64,000 nucleotides of DNA from Balanoglossus misakiensis (lineage: Eukaryota; Animalia; Hemichordata), in contig CM082593.2 in NCBI GenBank assembly GCA_040954595.2, positions 6,084,172 to 6,148,171 of the forward strand, read 5' to 3'. Shown piece by piece: positions 27,601-39,541 of the stretch; positions within the stretch are counted from its first letter, which is position 1; every line of letters starts with the position of its first letter. A program made the translations under genes and the position numbers. The notes below the pieces were generated by a model. It did not search any database. It worked only from the letters and a program-made list of their open reading frames with translations, and had not been told where the DNA came from.

Positions 27601-30600
27601 AAGCAATTACAGCATAATCAGATGTTATAGTTAGATAGGCGATGTTGTGTTCTCGGTGTACGCGCCACACTACGTGCGGGCGTCCCTTCCGAACAGCCAA
27701 GAATCAGCAAAGGTAAAGACGGGCGCCCAACACTTCATCCGATTTTAATCAGATTGAAGACAGATGCTATCAACTCCTTTGTGCCATTGCGGCGTTGTTC
27801 ACGTCACAGCCAGACGTGGTTTCCCCTGTGATGTACCCACTGAGTTGATGCATGTTCAAACTCGGAGTGGTCGAGACACTGCTTGCTGCAAAAGTCTCCA
27901 GATAATCGTGGAATGTGTAGAACGCGCAACTTCCAAGTCCCCGGCGGGCACTGCGAATCTGTGCAAGTGACTAAATTAGCAAATGATGGACAATACAGGT
28001 GATGCGTATGTATTTGTTTCTGGGGCAATAGGCAGCTGATAGGCTGGCTTTGCCGCAGGATTAAAATGTCCTAATGGATTTCTTCCTTGGGAAGAAAATC
28101 TGCGGTGAAGATTATCAGAAATGTAATTGGTCTTGGCCTCGACTTTACTGCCAAATGACCTTAAACCTTTTGCAAGAGTAGATTGTGTTGGCCATTGGAG
28201 AGTACCACAGCACGATTCATTCGTTGTATAACTACCTTAGCAAGTCTTCTGATCAGTCAGATATGACGGACTAGGTATTGCAATCTATCCTAACTCAGTA
28301 GAGAGAAAAGCGAAACCACTCGCTGAACCGAATCTGTCAGTCAGTTGAATCTGTTAACTTATCAAAATAGACTTCTCTATTATTTTCACTGGTTCTGTCC
28401 AAAGGTTTAATTTAGTGTCGTTATCTATGTTGTCAAAGGTAGCTTATATACTCAAAGGTCTGGAATGACAAGTACATCTTTCCCTCTGCCGAATGCTCTG
28501 TCTGCCTGTATCAAGTTTGAGTTCGACAAGTGCAGTTTCAGCGCTGCGGTGTCTCCAGTACGCTGAATAACGTCACCGTGACCGGTCAGTAGCTTGGGAA
28601 GTAATTGGCATCAAATGACAACATTTCTCCTGAACTCGGTTGACAGCTGAAGCCAGACTTGAAACCATCAGGAACTAATCCAGTTGTCAGCGTCAAGTTA
28701 ATGAAAACCGATAATACGCAAGAGAATTTCGTGGCGGCGAGCCAGTGATGAAATTGGAATTGGATCGAACGCTAATATCCCACCTGTAACGCAACGTACC
28801 TGAATAGGTGGGACTGCAAATTATTCATATGGCTAATTAGGTCCACCCTTTGTAAGTCGGATAAATTTTGTTCGTGTGATAAACTGAAACACAATATCAA
28901 AAGGGCGTTAAATTGTACCCCTGTGCAATAGTTCAGGTTTTTGACCCCATTACAAATCAGCACCACATTTAAGAATATCTGAACATCTTCGATATTGTGT
29001 TAGTCATTACATTAAATGTATATTGCTTTCGAATTCTATACGTATGTGGGAAACGCATATCTGGGTAATTTTATTACATTCCACTCCACTCCATTTCATG
29101 TTCAATTTAATTTCGTTTACTTTTACTCTCGGCACTTCTTCTCGGCACGTGACAAAATTTCCCAGTGGGCGAGGCTAACATGTACCAGCTCACTGTTTAC
29201 ACCGTATGCGAATATTGATATGCTTCAGTGATCAGAAATATTTCTTTAGGGAGACCATGCAGCAGAATCTACAGATGGCGAGCACAGTTTCTCTCTTTCA
29301 GACATTTCTGTGACTAACACAGCAAACTAAAAGAACGTGTCCATGGGAACAGTTCGTAATATTTGTTCTTCTTCCGTCTGATGATGAACAGCGACAGTGA
29401 CAGTTTATGGGACAAGTTCACACCATGAACTTTAGGAAAGATGGATATTACTCAGGGAATATTTGGGTGGTTGACCCATCTCCTTAATATGTGGCTCGTA
29501 AACTAATACATCAAATACAAAAAAATAGATAAAAATAGACTCAATTAACACCACTTTGCTGTTTTTCATTAGTAAACACATCGCTTGATGGAAACAGCAG
29601 TTTCGCTGCACGAGTCGCAAAGTTCAGGCGGTGTCCGATTTTCCCCGAAATATTTTTAAGTGGCACGATTCCAGTCCCTGTCATCTTGATTACGCTTCCA
29701 CCCACGTCTAGGTGCAAAACACGTAGCTCATAGGTGCAAAACTGTGGTTCTCTCCAGTGTTATAGAGACATTCTCATCTTACAAGGCTAGCTGTTGGCGC
29801 TGCACTCTTTTCGCGGGTTTTCGAGAACACATACACACGTATATTTTCTCTTTACAAATTTCTCTCTCTGGCGGAGGTGCTGTGGCATGACTTTCGGTAT
29901 GGTGTTATAATTTGGCGGCAGTTATGTCCCACCAAGAAACCGTGCCATTGTCATGCGCTAGTCTATTGTTGTGATGAAATGTTCTCTGCGTGTGTTTTAC
30001 CACCTGGCTATCTTTCGAAGCTGTGAGCGTGCGCACTACAAGTTCGCACAGCGTATTTATGAGGTGGGACGATGGGTGGCCGTACAATCTATTTTAATCA
30101 TTCGAGTACTCAGTTGGTGCAAGTCAGGACGTGTGGTGTCATTTTAAGAGATTTGCAGAATGAGCATAATTCAAAACATCGGCTTAGAATGATATTTATT
30201 GTGCGAACTGTACATGTCAGTGCGTCCCTCCCCACCCCCACCCCGAAATATTTGGCTCCACCGAATTCTTCCGGGCCCCTGGAGCGAACCAGGTGTCTCA
30301 TTATTCGACACAAATTTGGTGATAATTTTACTAAAATCAACTTACCTGTCAAGCCGGACCCTGCTGCTCTTCTCTGATGGTAGCAATCACTGTAGGCTAA
30401 TTTTTCGGCGCCATACTTTTCACTGTCGTCAGCTCGACAACGTTATTTTTTAGGAGACTGGTACCCTTCAAGCTCTCTGCAACCAATACAAAAACAACAA
30501 CAATGGATTAGTACCTATTGTATTTTCTTCACAATACTACAGCAACAAAATTCATCGTGAACTTTTGCGAAGATTATGATTTGTACGATTTGGATAACTT

Positions 30601-33600
30601 CACACACAGAGTATTAAAATCTATGGTCAGCATACGCTGGTTTTAAGCTCGTTAACACATAGAAAATCTGCGAACACGATAGCCGGATTAAAGCCGATTA
30701 CACCAGATTTACATCAAAGAAAACGTGCTGAAATACCGCCAATTACAGTCATGCCCTCGCTTCTAAGTTCCAACTGACATTACGAACTACCTTCAGAATA
30801 TTTGGAGATTATGTGTTGATTTTTAATTAAACTCTCATTTTGCTGTAAAAAATTGTATCTCATTTGTTTTAAATTGAAGAGGTCGATGTTATGTTACGCG
30901 ATTCCAGCCGTCGGGTGAGTTAGGAGAGGGAGAAAATTCTACGGGGTGATTACCGTTGGGGACCGGTTTATCGTGTGCCAGATTGTCCGTCGGAGGGGGT
31001 CGCGGGATTAGTTTCAATTCCCCGCTGCTTTCAGATCAGACCGCTGTGCTCTAATCGCTTCGTGACATTTTGCAAATACTGTATCCTGCTCGGCATGCAA
31101 TGGGACACTGCCAACCCCCGCTGATATGTTATCAAAGTGTCCGCTTCGTGAAACAGCTACGTATTGCTCAGTCGATGACGTCATCATATCAGAGCTGCTA
31201 ACACAGGTGTATCGCGGTGCTGACAACCAGGTGGTGCGATTTTTGGCGCCATTGGACAAAAAATGTACACGGATAAAAATCAACGTCCATATTTTCACAT
31301 GTGAAATATTTCATTTTTCTTTGCCAATGCTTCACATTGCCGACAACATTTACTCTATTAATTTGCCGACCAATGTCATACACATGTACATGGATCTGTG
31401 TATGTGATAACTGACCATACTGTAGAAGCAAATGGTGATTTTGGCCAAAGTTTTCCCAAAAACTATGCGTGTGCCTTGTGCCGTATGGGCGACAATTTGA
31501 GAACCATGCAGACGCTTGACATCATCATATCATTAAACTATGTATGTATTTTAGTTTGTTTCATCATTCGTGTTATTATCACCTCTTCCAGGTGTCAGTC
31601 ATTGTCAGCATCGGTACCCTGACCGCCGTCGGCATAGATCGATACGCGGCCGTGATGAACCCCATGAAGGCCCGGCTCGTTCGGAGCAAACGCAAGATCG
31701 CCGTCAACTTCGTCATCATATGGCTGTCGGCTGTCGTCGTGTCCTCGGTCCAGGTCGTCTTCACTCGGGTGCCGACCGCCTCCATCAACGGGGAGACGGT
31801 CTACTTTTGCAGCGAGTGGTATCCCAGCGAAGCGGTGGCGAAAGCCTGGGAGATCGGCTTCCTTCTGGCGACATACTTCCTGCCGCTCTCCATACTCACC
31901 TTCACGTACGCCCGGGTCAGCTTTCGCCTGTGGGGGAGGCACCTTCCCGGAAACTCAAACCAAGACAGGGATATCAACCAAAGAAAATCGAAGCAGAAGG
32001 TAGTGCTACAGCGCATGGGCAGTAACAGGGCGCGCCTGCGCATAAAAATGAACAAAGCAGTCATTACCCTTTGTAATATTTTCATGACACTGTGACAAAA
32101 AGCCTCGGTAACAGTTTACATATTCCATTACCGCGGTCACTCCAAAAAAAGTGACTGTGCATATTCGGAAAAACTTATGATCGTTGCAAAGTCTGCACCA
32201 GTAAGAGATAACAGTGTATGATCACACAGACTTGTGTTTCGTGTGAGGGGGACAATAAGGCTCCACAAAAAGACCCGATTTCCCTAAAATTGGGTCGTGA
32301 AACTCTTGTCTCCAAAGTTCAGTACATCTGTAATATAGTAGTAATAGATTTCACCTCGCTAGCAGCCCTCAAAAGCAAACTGTTTACTGTGACATTCTGG
32401 CCTTTAACAATGCTAAGAAGCCATCAACCTGGACGAGGACGCCATGTTTCCCGTCGCCGCTGTTCCAGTTGTTGTTGTGCATCCCCCCCCCCCCCGCGCC
32501 TGTAGGCATGTCAATTAATCACATGTGTTGTTTCTAATCCAACAGGTCATACGAATGTTGGTCGTGATCGTGGTGATGTTCGCCCTCTGCTGGCTGCCGT
32601 TGCACATTTTCAAGCTGGTTGGGTTATATAACCCGCACCTTTATTACGACATCGCAAGCCAGGACAGGATGCGCATTGTTAACGCATGCGTCCTTTGGTT
32701 GGCTATGTCCAATAGCTTTGTGAATCCGATTATCTATGGCTTTCTCAACGATAATTTCAGGGTAAGTATTGACAAATGCCTTGCGCAGTTTCTTGAGATC
32801 ATTGCACGTGCTAGACAGACAGACACACAGACAGACACAGACTGACACACAGACAGACCTAATTCAAAGCCCATCACATATTCGCACGGTCATAAAATGG
32901 CCTGCTTACTGTATGATGGATAATGAAAAGAAGTAATGCATGCGTGTCAGGGACACGAACCAATTATAGGCACACATTAAATGGGACACATCATAAATGA
33001 AAGTACGTGCCAAATCGATTGGAGTCGCATAGTGCGACAGAAATACACTAGTGCCTTCGAACCTTCGGATTTTTAAATACATGTATATAGTACAGCAGAC
33101 AAAAAGTTGCCCTGGTTGATTGATGGATGGAACGAGTGTTACCAGATCAGAACTTATATCGGTAAATCAGTCATTTGACATCAGCGAATGGGGGAACGCG
33201 CATAAAAATGGGTAGAGAATCAGACATTCGACAATTGTGGTGTTTGTTCCCTCCATGCATATATTACCCTGCTGTCATTATTTTCAGATGGCTGCCGTAA
33301 AGCCAATAGTTTTTGAGTTTTGAAACCACGTTACAGTAAAATGGGTAACAAACATTATCCTAACCTTACATTACAGTAAAATTTAACCGCTTTATGGCAA
33401 TGGGTCCGTTATCTTTTGTGATATCTTATTCCATCTATAAATACTAAAGTAAATATTGCATTGGCATTGTCTGCTACATGATTTATTCTGCAATCATAAA
33501 ATATTATATAAGAATATTTCGTTCCAGTTATTAATGATGACCCCACTACCATGAACGCGAACAATTGGCACTATAGTTAACGTACACGTACTGTCATATA

Positions 33601-33888
33601 GTACAGTACAGTACAGTACAGTACAGTACAGTACAGTACAGTACTGTTATTCACTCTATCATCACTGAAGACTTTCGCGTCACAGGACAAACAAGCTGTT
33701 GGCTCGCATCAGTTAATCTCATGAAAGAAAATTCCGTCCAATTTCAGACTGATTTCAAGCTATTCTTCAAATCCTGTCTGCGTGGGAAACGGCACGTTGA
33801 TTTGAGGTCAATGGGATCAAGATCGAGCGGGCGATCCCTGACGGTCAGTTCAAGTACCAAGACCAGGTCGTTCCTGTCCTCTCTGTAG
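18093..33888 (+). CDS. Class A (rhodopsin-like) neuropeptide GPCR, tachykinin/luqin-RYamide/kinin/GPR83-like group, 391 aa
   Basis: Exons 18093-18503, 31592-31999, 32546-32761 and 33748-33888, all with GT-AG phase-0 introns, join in frame. Motifs: TM1 GN, TM2 NLAISD...CMPFT, WIFG, TM3 GIDRY, ECL2 CSEWYP, TM5 YFLPL, TM6 CWLPLH, TM7 NSFVNPIIY, and a Ser/Thr-rich tail ending SFLSSL*. Intron 1 is ~13 kb. Confidence 0.93.
22381..22422. repeat. (CAGCA)n microsatellite
   Basis: Direct reading. Confidence 0.85.
24475..24623. repeat. Compound (CCT)n(CAT)n microsatellite
   Basis: Direct reading. It explains the poly-L/I and poly-M/R ORFs in the track. Confidence 0.95.
26315..26511 (-). mobile_element. 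Copy 2 of the TTAA-bounded transposon terminus, inverted relative to copy 1
   Basis: Begins TTAAAGGGAATGGGTCGTCG and aligns along its length to the reverse complement of 17014-17221. Confidence 0.65.
33600..33644. repeat. (CAGTA)n microsatellite
   Basis: Direct reading; lies in GPCR intron 3. Confidence 0.9.
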
Positions 33889-36040
33889 AACGGGACAACA
33901 TAAGCCAGGCCTCAATGCAGTTTCCGTGAGCCGCTATATTAAGCCGTGCTCGTAGTGAGTACGTTAAGCCAAATCTGATGTCTTCAGGCATAGAAGTTAA
34001 ATTTCATAAAACAAATTAAATTTCGCAATGACGATTTAGTTCGAAGCGTCGAGTGCATGGAGAAGACGACTTTTGTGACCGTCGGTCCGAATATAAATTA
34101 AATTTCGCGTAATATCCATAAAACGTCTATAAAATAAATGTCAACATGAAGGATTAGGTTCGAAACCCCGAGGGAAGACATATTGAATCAGAATTTTGCG
34201 ACCGTCTTCCTTTACAGAAGCGCGTAATACAGATAACAATTTGTGGTGAATACTCATCACACAGTGCTCGTCGTTTTCTCACAGGGAAGAGGTCACACCC
34301 TGAGCTGCGCATGTGCGATTGTTCTTTTAAAATCATTCTATCGCCATTGTACCTAACCAACTTACAGCTTCGACACAATTTTTAGAAGGTGCACAGCATT
34401 TTGTAGTTACCGTACAATTAACCTCATCACAGTCAATGTGGAATATGAGACAGTTGTTTTCGACAGAAAAAAAACAGATGTAGATTCAGTAATCCGAAAT
34501 AAACCATATCATGTACAGCACTACATCACAATTTTCCTAGCCAACAGTTTTATATCATACATCTTCATTACCAGTATGTCATTTTAGTTTATTGCTCCGT
34601 TTATAAAATATCAAGTACGCCTGCCTTTTTTACTATTCACGTGTATTTTGGTTCATCAAGTTGTTGCTACATCTACATAATAAGCTCATTGAGTATTAGT
34701 TGTATGTAGTTATTACAAAATTATCTCTACAGGTATATATTTCTGTTGAGCGGAAACGAGCGAATCTTTCTAAAATTTGACTATATTCCTCTTAACGTTA
34801 TGTATTGTTTTCGCTTCGGTAAGCATTAATGTTATTTATCTACGATAGTTGGTGATGTTACAATTTTGTGGTATTTTTTTCTAATAAAGTTGACGTATTA
34901 TAGTGTCTCTTCATTTTTTGGAGATGGGTTTCATTTTCATTTTCATTGGCGCCCTTTGCTCGCGCAATGTAAAATATTCTGATGTACTATGGTTCTAGTT
35001 TCTAACGGAGATGTTGTATCCCTGATTGAAACTGCAATAAACGGCCGCTGGTTATATGACAGATTGACAGAGATTGGCGGAGACGTTTGGCGGAGAAGTC
35101 AGTAGTCAAGACTTGCGTCATCAAGAAATCTGTACCATATAGAGTTACGTTTCATCGACGCTACTGCTTTGCTGCTGCTTTGTAAGGACGTGATCTGGTT
35201 TCATTTTGCGAGCACGCGGGCTGAAGTTTGAGATGCTGTCCTGAAGAGTGGAACCCGAGAGGAATCTTGATTACGCGACTAGACGTAGCTGTTATTTTCT
35301 TCCTTCAATTACCCGCGTTTCATTTCGAGACACTGTTGAGTGCTCGGTAATGAGAGAGTGAGGATGAGAGTTGCACCATCGCCGTTCACATCCACTCTTA
35401 TTCACGACACAATAAGCCGAGGGAAATGCCCTTCGGAGGGCGTGAGTGGGTGGGGGGGGGGGGCATGCGGTAACTGGGCTTGGGTGAACTCACAACCAGA
35501 GCACGAACGCAGGATCGATCTGGTATGAAACATTTATCTGGATATTAATAACATAAGAGACGGAAGCCAAAACGAAACCTGATTCACAAAACAAGGCAAA
35601 TGTACGTCACAATGATGTTTTTTGCGAGCCTTGCTAAAGTAGTTTTGCGAAAGGATTTCACTGGAGAATCTCATATTATATGCGACTGATGGGCGCCATC
35701 CCCCTAACTGCACACTTGAGTCAAGTGCTTTGAGTTTGGGAATGCTCTAATATCGGCCTAATTATGGTATGTCGTAACATTTTGAGCGGCAAGCAGACAG
35801 AACCAGGTGCACTTTTACCCATACACATAATTTCTACATTTACATGTAGTCTAATCTAATTCTCTATTCTTGTTTGCGGCAGATTGTGTACTCTAAAGTT
35901 GAAAAGAGTCTCCCTTGGGCAAAACAAGACATGATGAACACCACTGACAGATTCTACCACTAGGAGGCACTGTTCAGAACACAGCCAGTTCTTTGATCCT
36001 TCACTGATCGAATACACATGTACATTGACTGTCAAATGTA

Positions 36041-36067
36041 CTAGCTATAACCCTCGGCTATAGCCGA
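36041..36067 (-). mobile_element. Candidate Helitron 3' terminus
   Basis: On the minus strand: a perfect 14-bp palindrome TCGGCTATAGCCGA, then 9 nt, then CTAG followed by T. This fits the hairpin + CTRR|T rule. The 5' end was not identified. Confidence 0.4.
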
Positions 36068-36809
36068 AATACAATCTGTCGCTCCGTACGCTTCACGACG
36101 AGGTTCAAACGACGCGAGAAACACGAATTGGGGTTTGCATTATAGGTTGTCAATAAATGTCCCACCTCATTAGGTTTCTTGGTCCAACGCTGCTGACGTA
36201 CAACACTTGTGGCGAAGGATCGACATCTTCATCGCCGTGGTTTCATGGAGGCCGCCATATTGCAAAACGTTGCCTAGGCCAACACTGACAGCAAGACGCG
36301 TCATGCACGTACACGTTACGTCACAACAAACACCTGTGGCACGTCATCAACTGCATTGGTTGCCAATTGGATGGTTCATTGGCCACATCTGCCAATCATG
36401 TTGTTTCATCTCACGCTGAATTGTGTATACATCCAGGAAGTACTGGAAACGCAGTCTTTCTTTGCTAATCTTTCTTATAATTACCACCAAAGTGGCTTTT
36501 GAAAGAAATCTTAATGTTACAATGATTATATAAAAACACGGTGTAAAGATTACATTACATTACCATTATCTTTCAATTCAAACAGATTATAAAACAACTA
36601 TAAAACAGCAGTAATAGGTCCATCCATGAAATCCGTTGGTTGTATATCTCAGAACACCATCAATCAGAAAAGAAACACGACTCTAGAGAATTTCAAGCAA
36701 CCGAAGAGTTATCTTTGACCAAAAACTCGGTCATCCGGGAACTTCAAAACGCGAAGATGGTCTCCTAAGCGGAGCACAGCCGCGCGAAAGTACACAAGAT
36801 GTGTAAACG

Positions 36810-38428
36810 TCACCTGTTTGAGAGTATGACGGCCGCACCGACCGCATACATGATTAGCAGAGCAAAGAAACAGAGCCGATCCAGCACCACTGCAAGATAC
36901 TTCCAGGCTTGTAGAAGCTGCGAAGAGAAGGCAGGTAGTCAAAACGTTGATTTCATATACATAAGATTATTCAGGTAGTTAATGTGGAAGGGGACAATCT
37001 CTGCACCCTTCTCGTTTCACACAAAGCTTGATCTCTACTGTATTACTTAGCTGGGAACCTGTTGCTATGGTAATTTGCCCAGTCTCGCTAGATCTCGCAC
37101 CGAATCGAAAATCATCCCTTGGAAAAAAAGTTAACACTCACCTCGTCATTTCTGGCGTCATCCTGTAAGACTTGTCGTATATCTTTGATATCCTGGGAAA
37201 TGAGACTTAACAAGGGCGTATTTCTTTCACTTTCTATTCTCGCTGCCAGTGCTGTCTTGTTAAACTCGCTACTGTCTTCCAAGGACACCACGTCTATGTG
37301 GTTATCGTTAAAGACGGGGTTGTGTCTGGCGGGGTTTATCTTGCGATGAAAGGCCCTGAGTCCCAACATCGGAGGCAGGATTTCCAGAAACACTCTCCGG
37401 ACAACGGCGTTCATGACCAACTGGTGCTGTGGCCGGTGGTGCGCCCGCAGGACCAGAATGCTGAGGGCGATCGACGCGGCGATGACGCCGATGTTGAAGT
37501 ACAGCAGCTCCATGACGAGGGGAATCGAGTCCGACGTCGCTGGCATGATGTCCGCCACTATCACGCTATACACCGAGGTTGAGATGAGGATGGACACGGA
37601 GAAGGACAGCTTCTCCCCGGCGTCGGACGGCAGCAGGAAGACGAGCAGAGTCAGCACACCTTGCATGGTCGACGGGGCGATGATGTTGACCGTGTAGTAG
37701 AGCGGTTTTCTTGTCAGTTCCAACGGGAATTCTATGGCTGTCCAGTTGCTTTCATCACGTGGGCTGTAGAAGTACTGAAGAGTCGATGGGCTCCCTACGA
37801 TATCCCATTCCGAATGAGCCTCAGAGTCTGCCACACCGATACTTCCGGGATTTGTTCTCACCTCTATTTCGTGCGAAAGAGAGCCCCACATGGAGAACAT
37901 GAACGTGCAGCGTTGTTTGTCGAACGGAAAGTGTCGTATGTTGAGTTTACACTGGCATTCTATAATATCCTGCGGTAGATTTCGTACCATGCCGTCATGG
38001 TATACATCAACTCCCCCGCCGGTGTTCGACAAGAAGTATCTGTCATTTGCGCTGTGAAGAGTAAATTAAAAGACGTGATACAGTAACCTTGGCATTAATG
38101 CCAAAATACGAATTAACAGAAACAAGAATAGCCTATAACAGTCTAAGTAACAGCAATGGAAAGAGACGGGTTACCCTACATGTTCCAGACGGACGAGAAA
38201 AAAAAATCTTCAAAACGTAGGATCTTGCGTTGTTTACCTATACACATTGGCAACTTTCGGCATCCACATCCAATCCGCAGGCACCAGAATTTTCTTGATG
38301 CCGCCAAATGTATCGGGTTCCCATGTAAGACGACCATCTGTCCAATACTTGACAAAAAAGTGAACACGGTCAAATATAATAGTAATGCCAGAATTATTAT
38401 GCTAAATGTATGCATGTGTGTGCACCTT

Positions 38429-38516
<88 letters not shown>

Positions 38517-39446
38517 GCGTGAATCTTCACTCAAAAAAGCAAACAGCTTTGGCATAAAAATGGTTACAATTTACAAAATGACCATAGCTTGCGAGCTCAG
38601 TGTCTTAAAAGTTTGCTTATACCTGTTCTGTCCACATCCTCACTTTAATAGTTTGCAGTTTTTCATCCTGTGGAAAAAAAGGAAAGCGAATGACATGAGT
38701 TACAAGAATATTAGGCCTTATATTGTTGTCTGAAAATGGAAGACGGGACCTCAAGCAACCATGTGCTTGCTCAGTACCAGATACCACTTAACAAATACGT
38801 TCGACCCACAGTCTCTGCACACTATGGTTCGACAAGAAACTCTCGCTTCCCATATCGATCATTACTAATAAGTACCTACCACGTCCAATAACATGAGAAG
38901 ATACATGCCAATTTCGAACTGGATGGCTTCGCCGTTGAATGTTGGTTTAACGTGTTTGCTGTAGTTGCTGAAGAGATGGCGGTGCAACTCTTCCTCTGTC
39001 TCGTAAAGTAGTTCTATGTAAAAAGAAGACGAGACCCACTTTGAATACACTGCAAGAAATACTCGCTGGAGTTGCGATGGCCGACAATCGTCAACTCTGC
39101 CCCACTCCTCCCCTCCCTAGAAAGCTGTAAAATGCTGGTCGCCTAAAGACAGCGACAGTTGCTACGCGAATTAAATTCCCCTTTAATATAACACTTTTTT
39201 TTCAGAACTATTTTTTGTGAGAGCACAATATATCGACATTCAATACCGTACCAACCCGTTGGGCTGATGTGAGTTCTTTTTTTAGTAATATGGCCGAGTC
39301 ACTCTGCAATTGAGCTAATGCAAAAATAAAGTGAAATTTATCATGTATGCGATATAACATCTATATCAGCACTCACCGGAACCGATAACCGTTCCTATGG
39401 AGACGAAGATGACAACACAACGGAAAATTGCTGATTGAAGAGACAT
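36810..39446 (-). CDS. Nicotinic acetylcholine receptor-like (cationic Cys-loop) subunit, non-alpha and divergent, 458 aa
   Basis: Exons 39446-39377 (signal peptide MSLQSAIFRCVVIFVSIGTVIGS), 39013-38880, 38667-38623 (45 nt), 38347-38238 (110 nt), 38051-37142 and 36917-36810. All are GT-AG and in frame. Cys-loop CKLNIRHFPFDKQRC, RKPLYY-TM1, GEK-TM2, TM3, and WKYLAVVLDR-TM4. The 45- and 110-nt exons are typical nAChR exon sizes. Confidence 0.93.
38430..38516. repeat. (CTAT)n microsatellite
   Basis: Direct reading; lies in nAChR intron 3. Confidence 0.95.
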
Positions 39447-39510
39447 GGTTTCAACAACTTGTTTCTGCAGACCCTCGGTAGTGTCATCGGGGGACCGGAC
39501 CGGCGCAGCT

Positions 39511-39541
39511 TTTTATAATAGATGCAGCACTGACTACGTCA
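39511..39541 (-). promoter_or_regulatory. Putative TATA box and CRE-like site of the nAChR-like gene
   Basis: TATAAAA on the minus strand at 39517-39511, ~65 bp upstream of the ATG. A TGACGT half-site lies at 39541-39536. Confidence 0.45.

Noticed and set aside
18530-31540. Nested protein-coding gene among the many short ORFs in GPCR intron 1
   Set aside because: No recognisable domains and no consistent exon chain were found by eye; a non-coding or very divergent gene cannot be excluded.
36207-36419. ORF MWRRIDIFIAVV as the nAChR TM4 exon
   Set aside because: It is on the wrong strand. The real TM4 exon is 36917-36810 on the minus strand.
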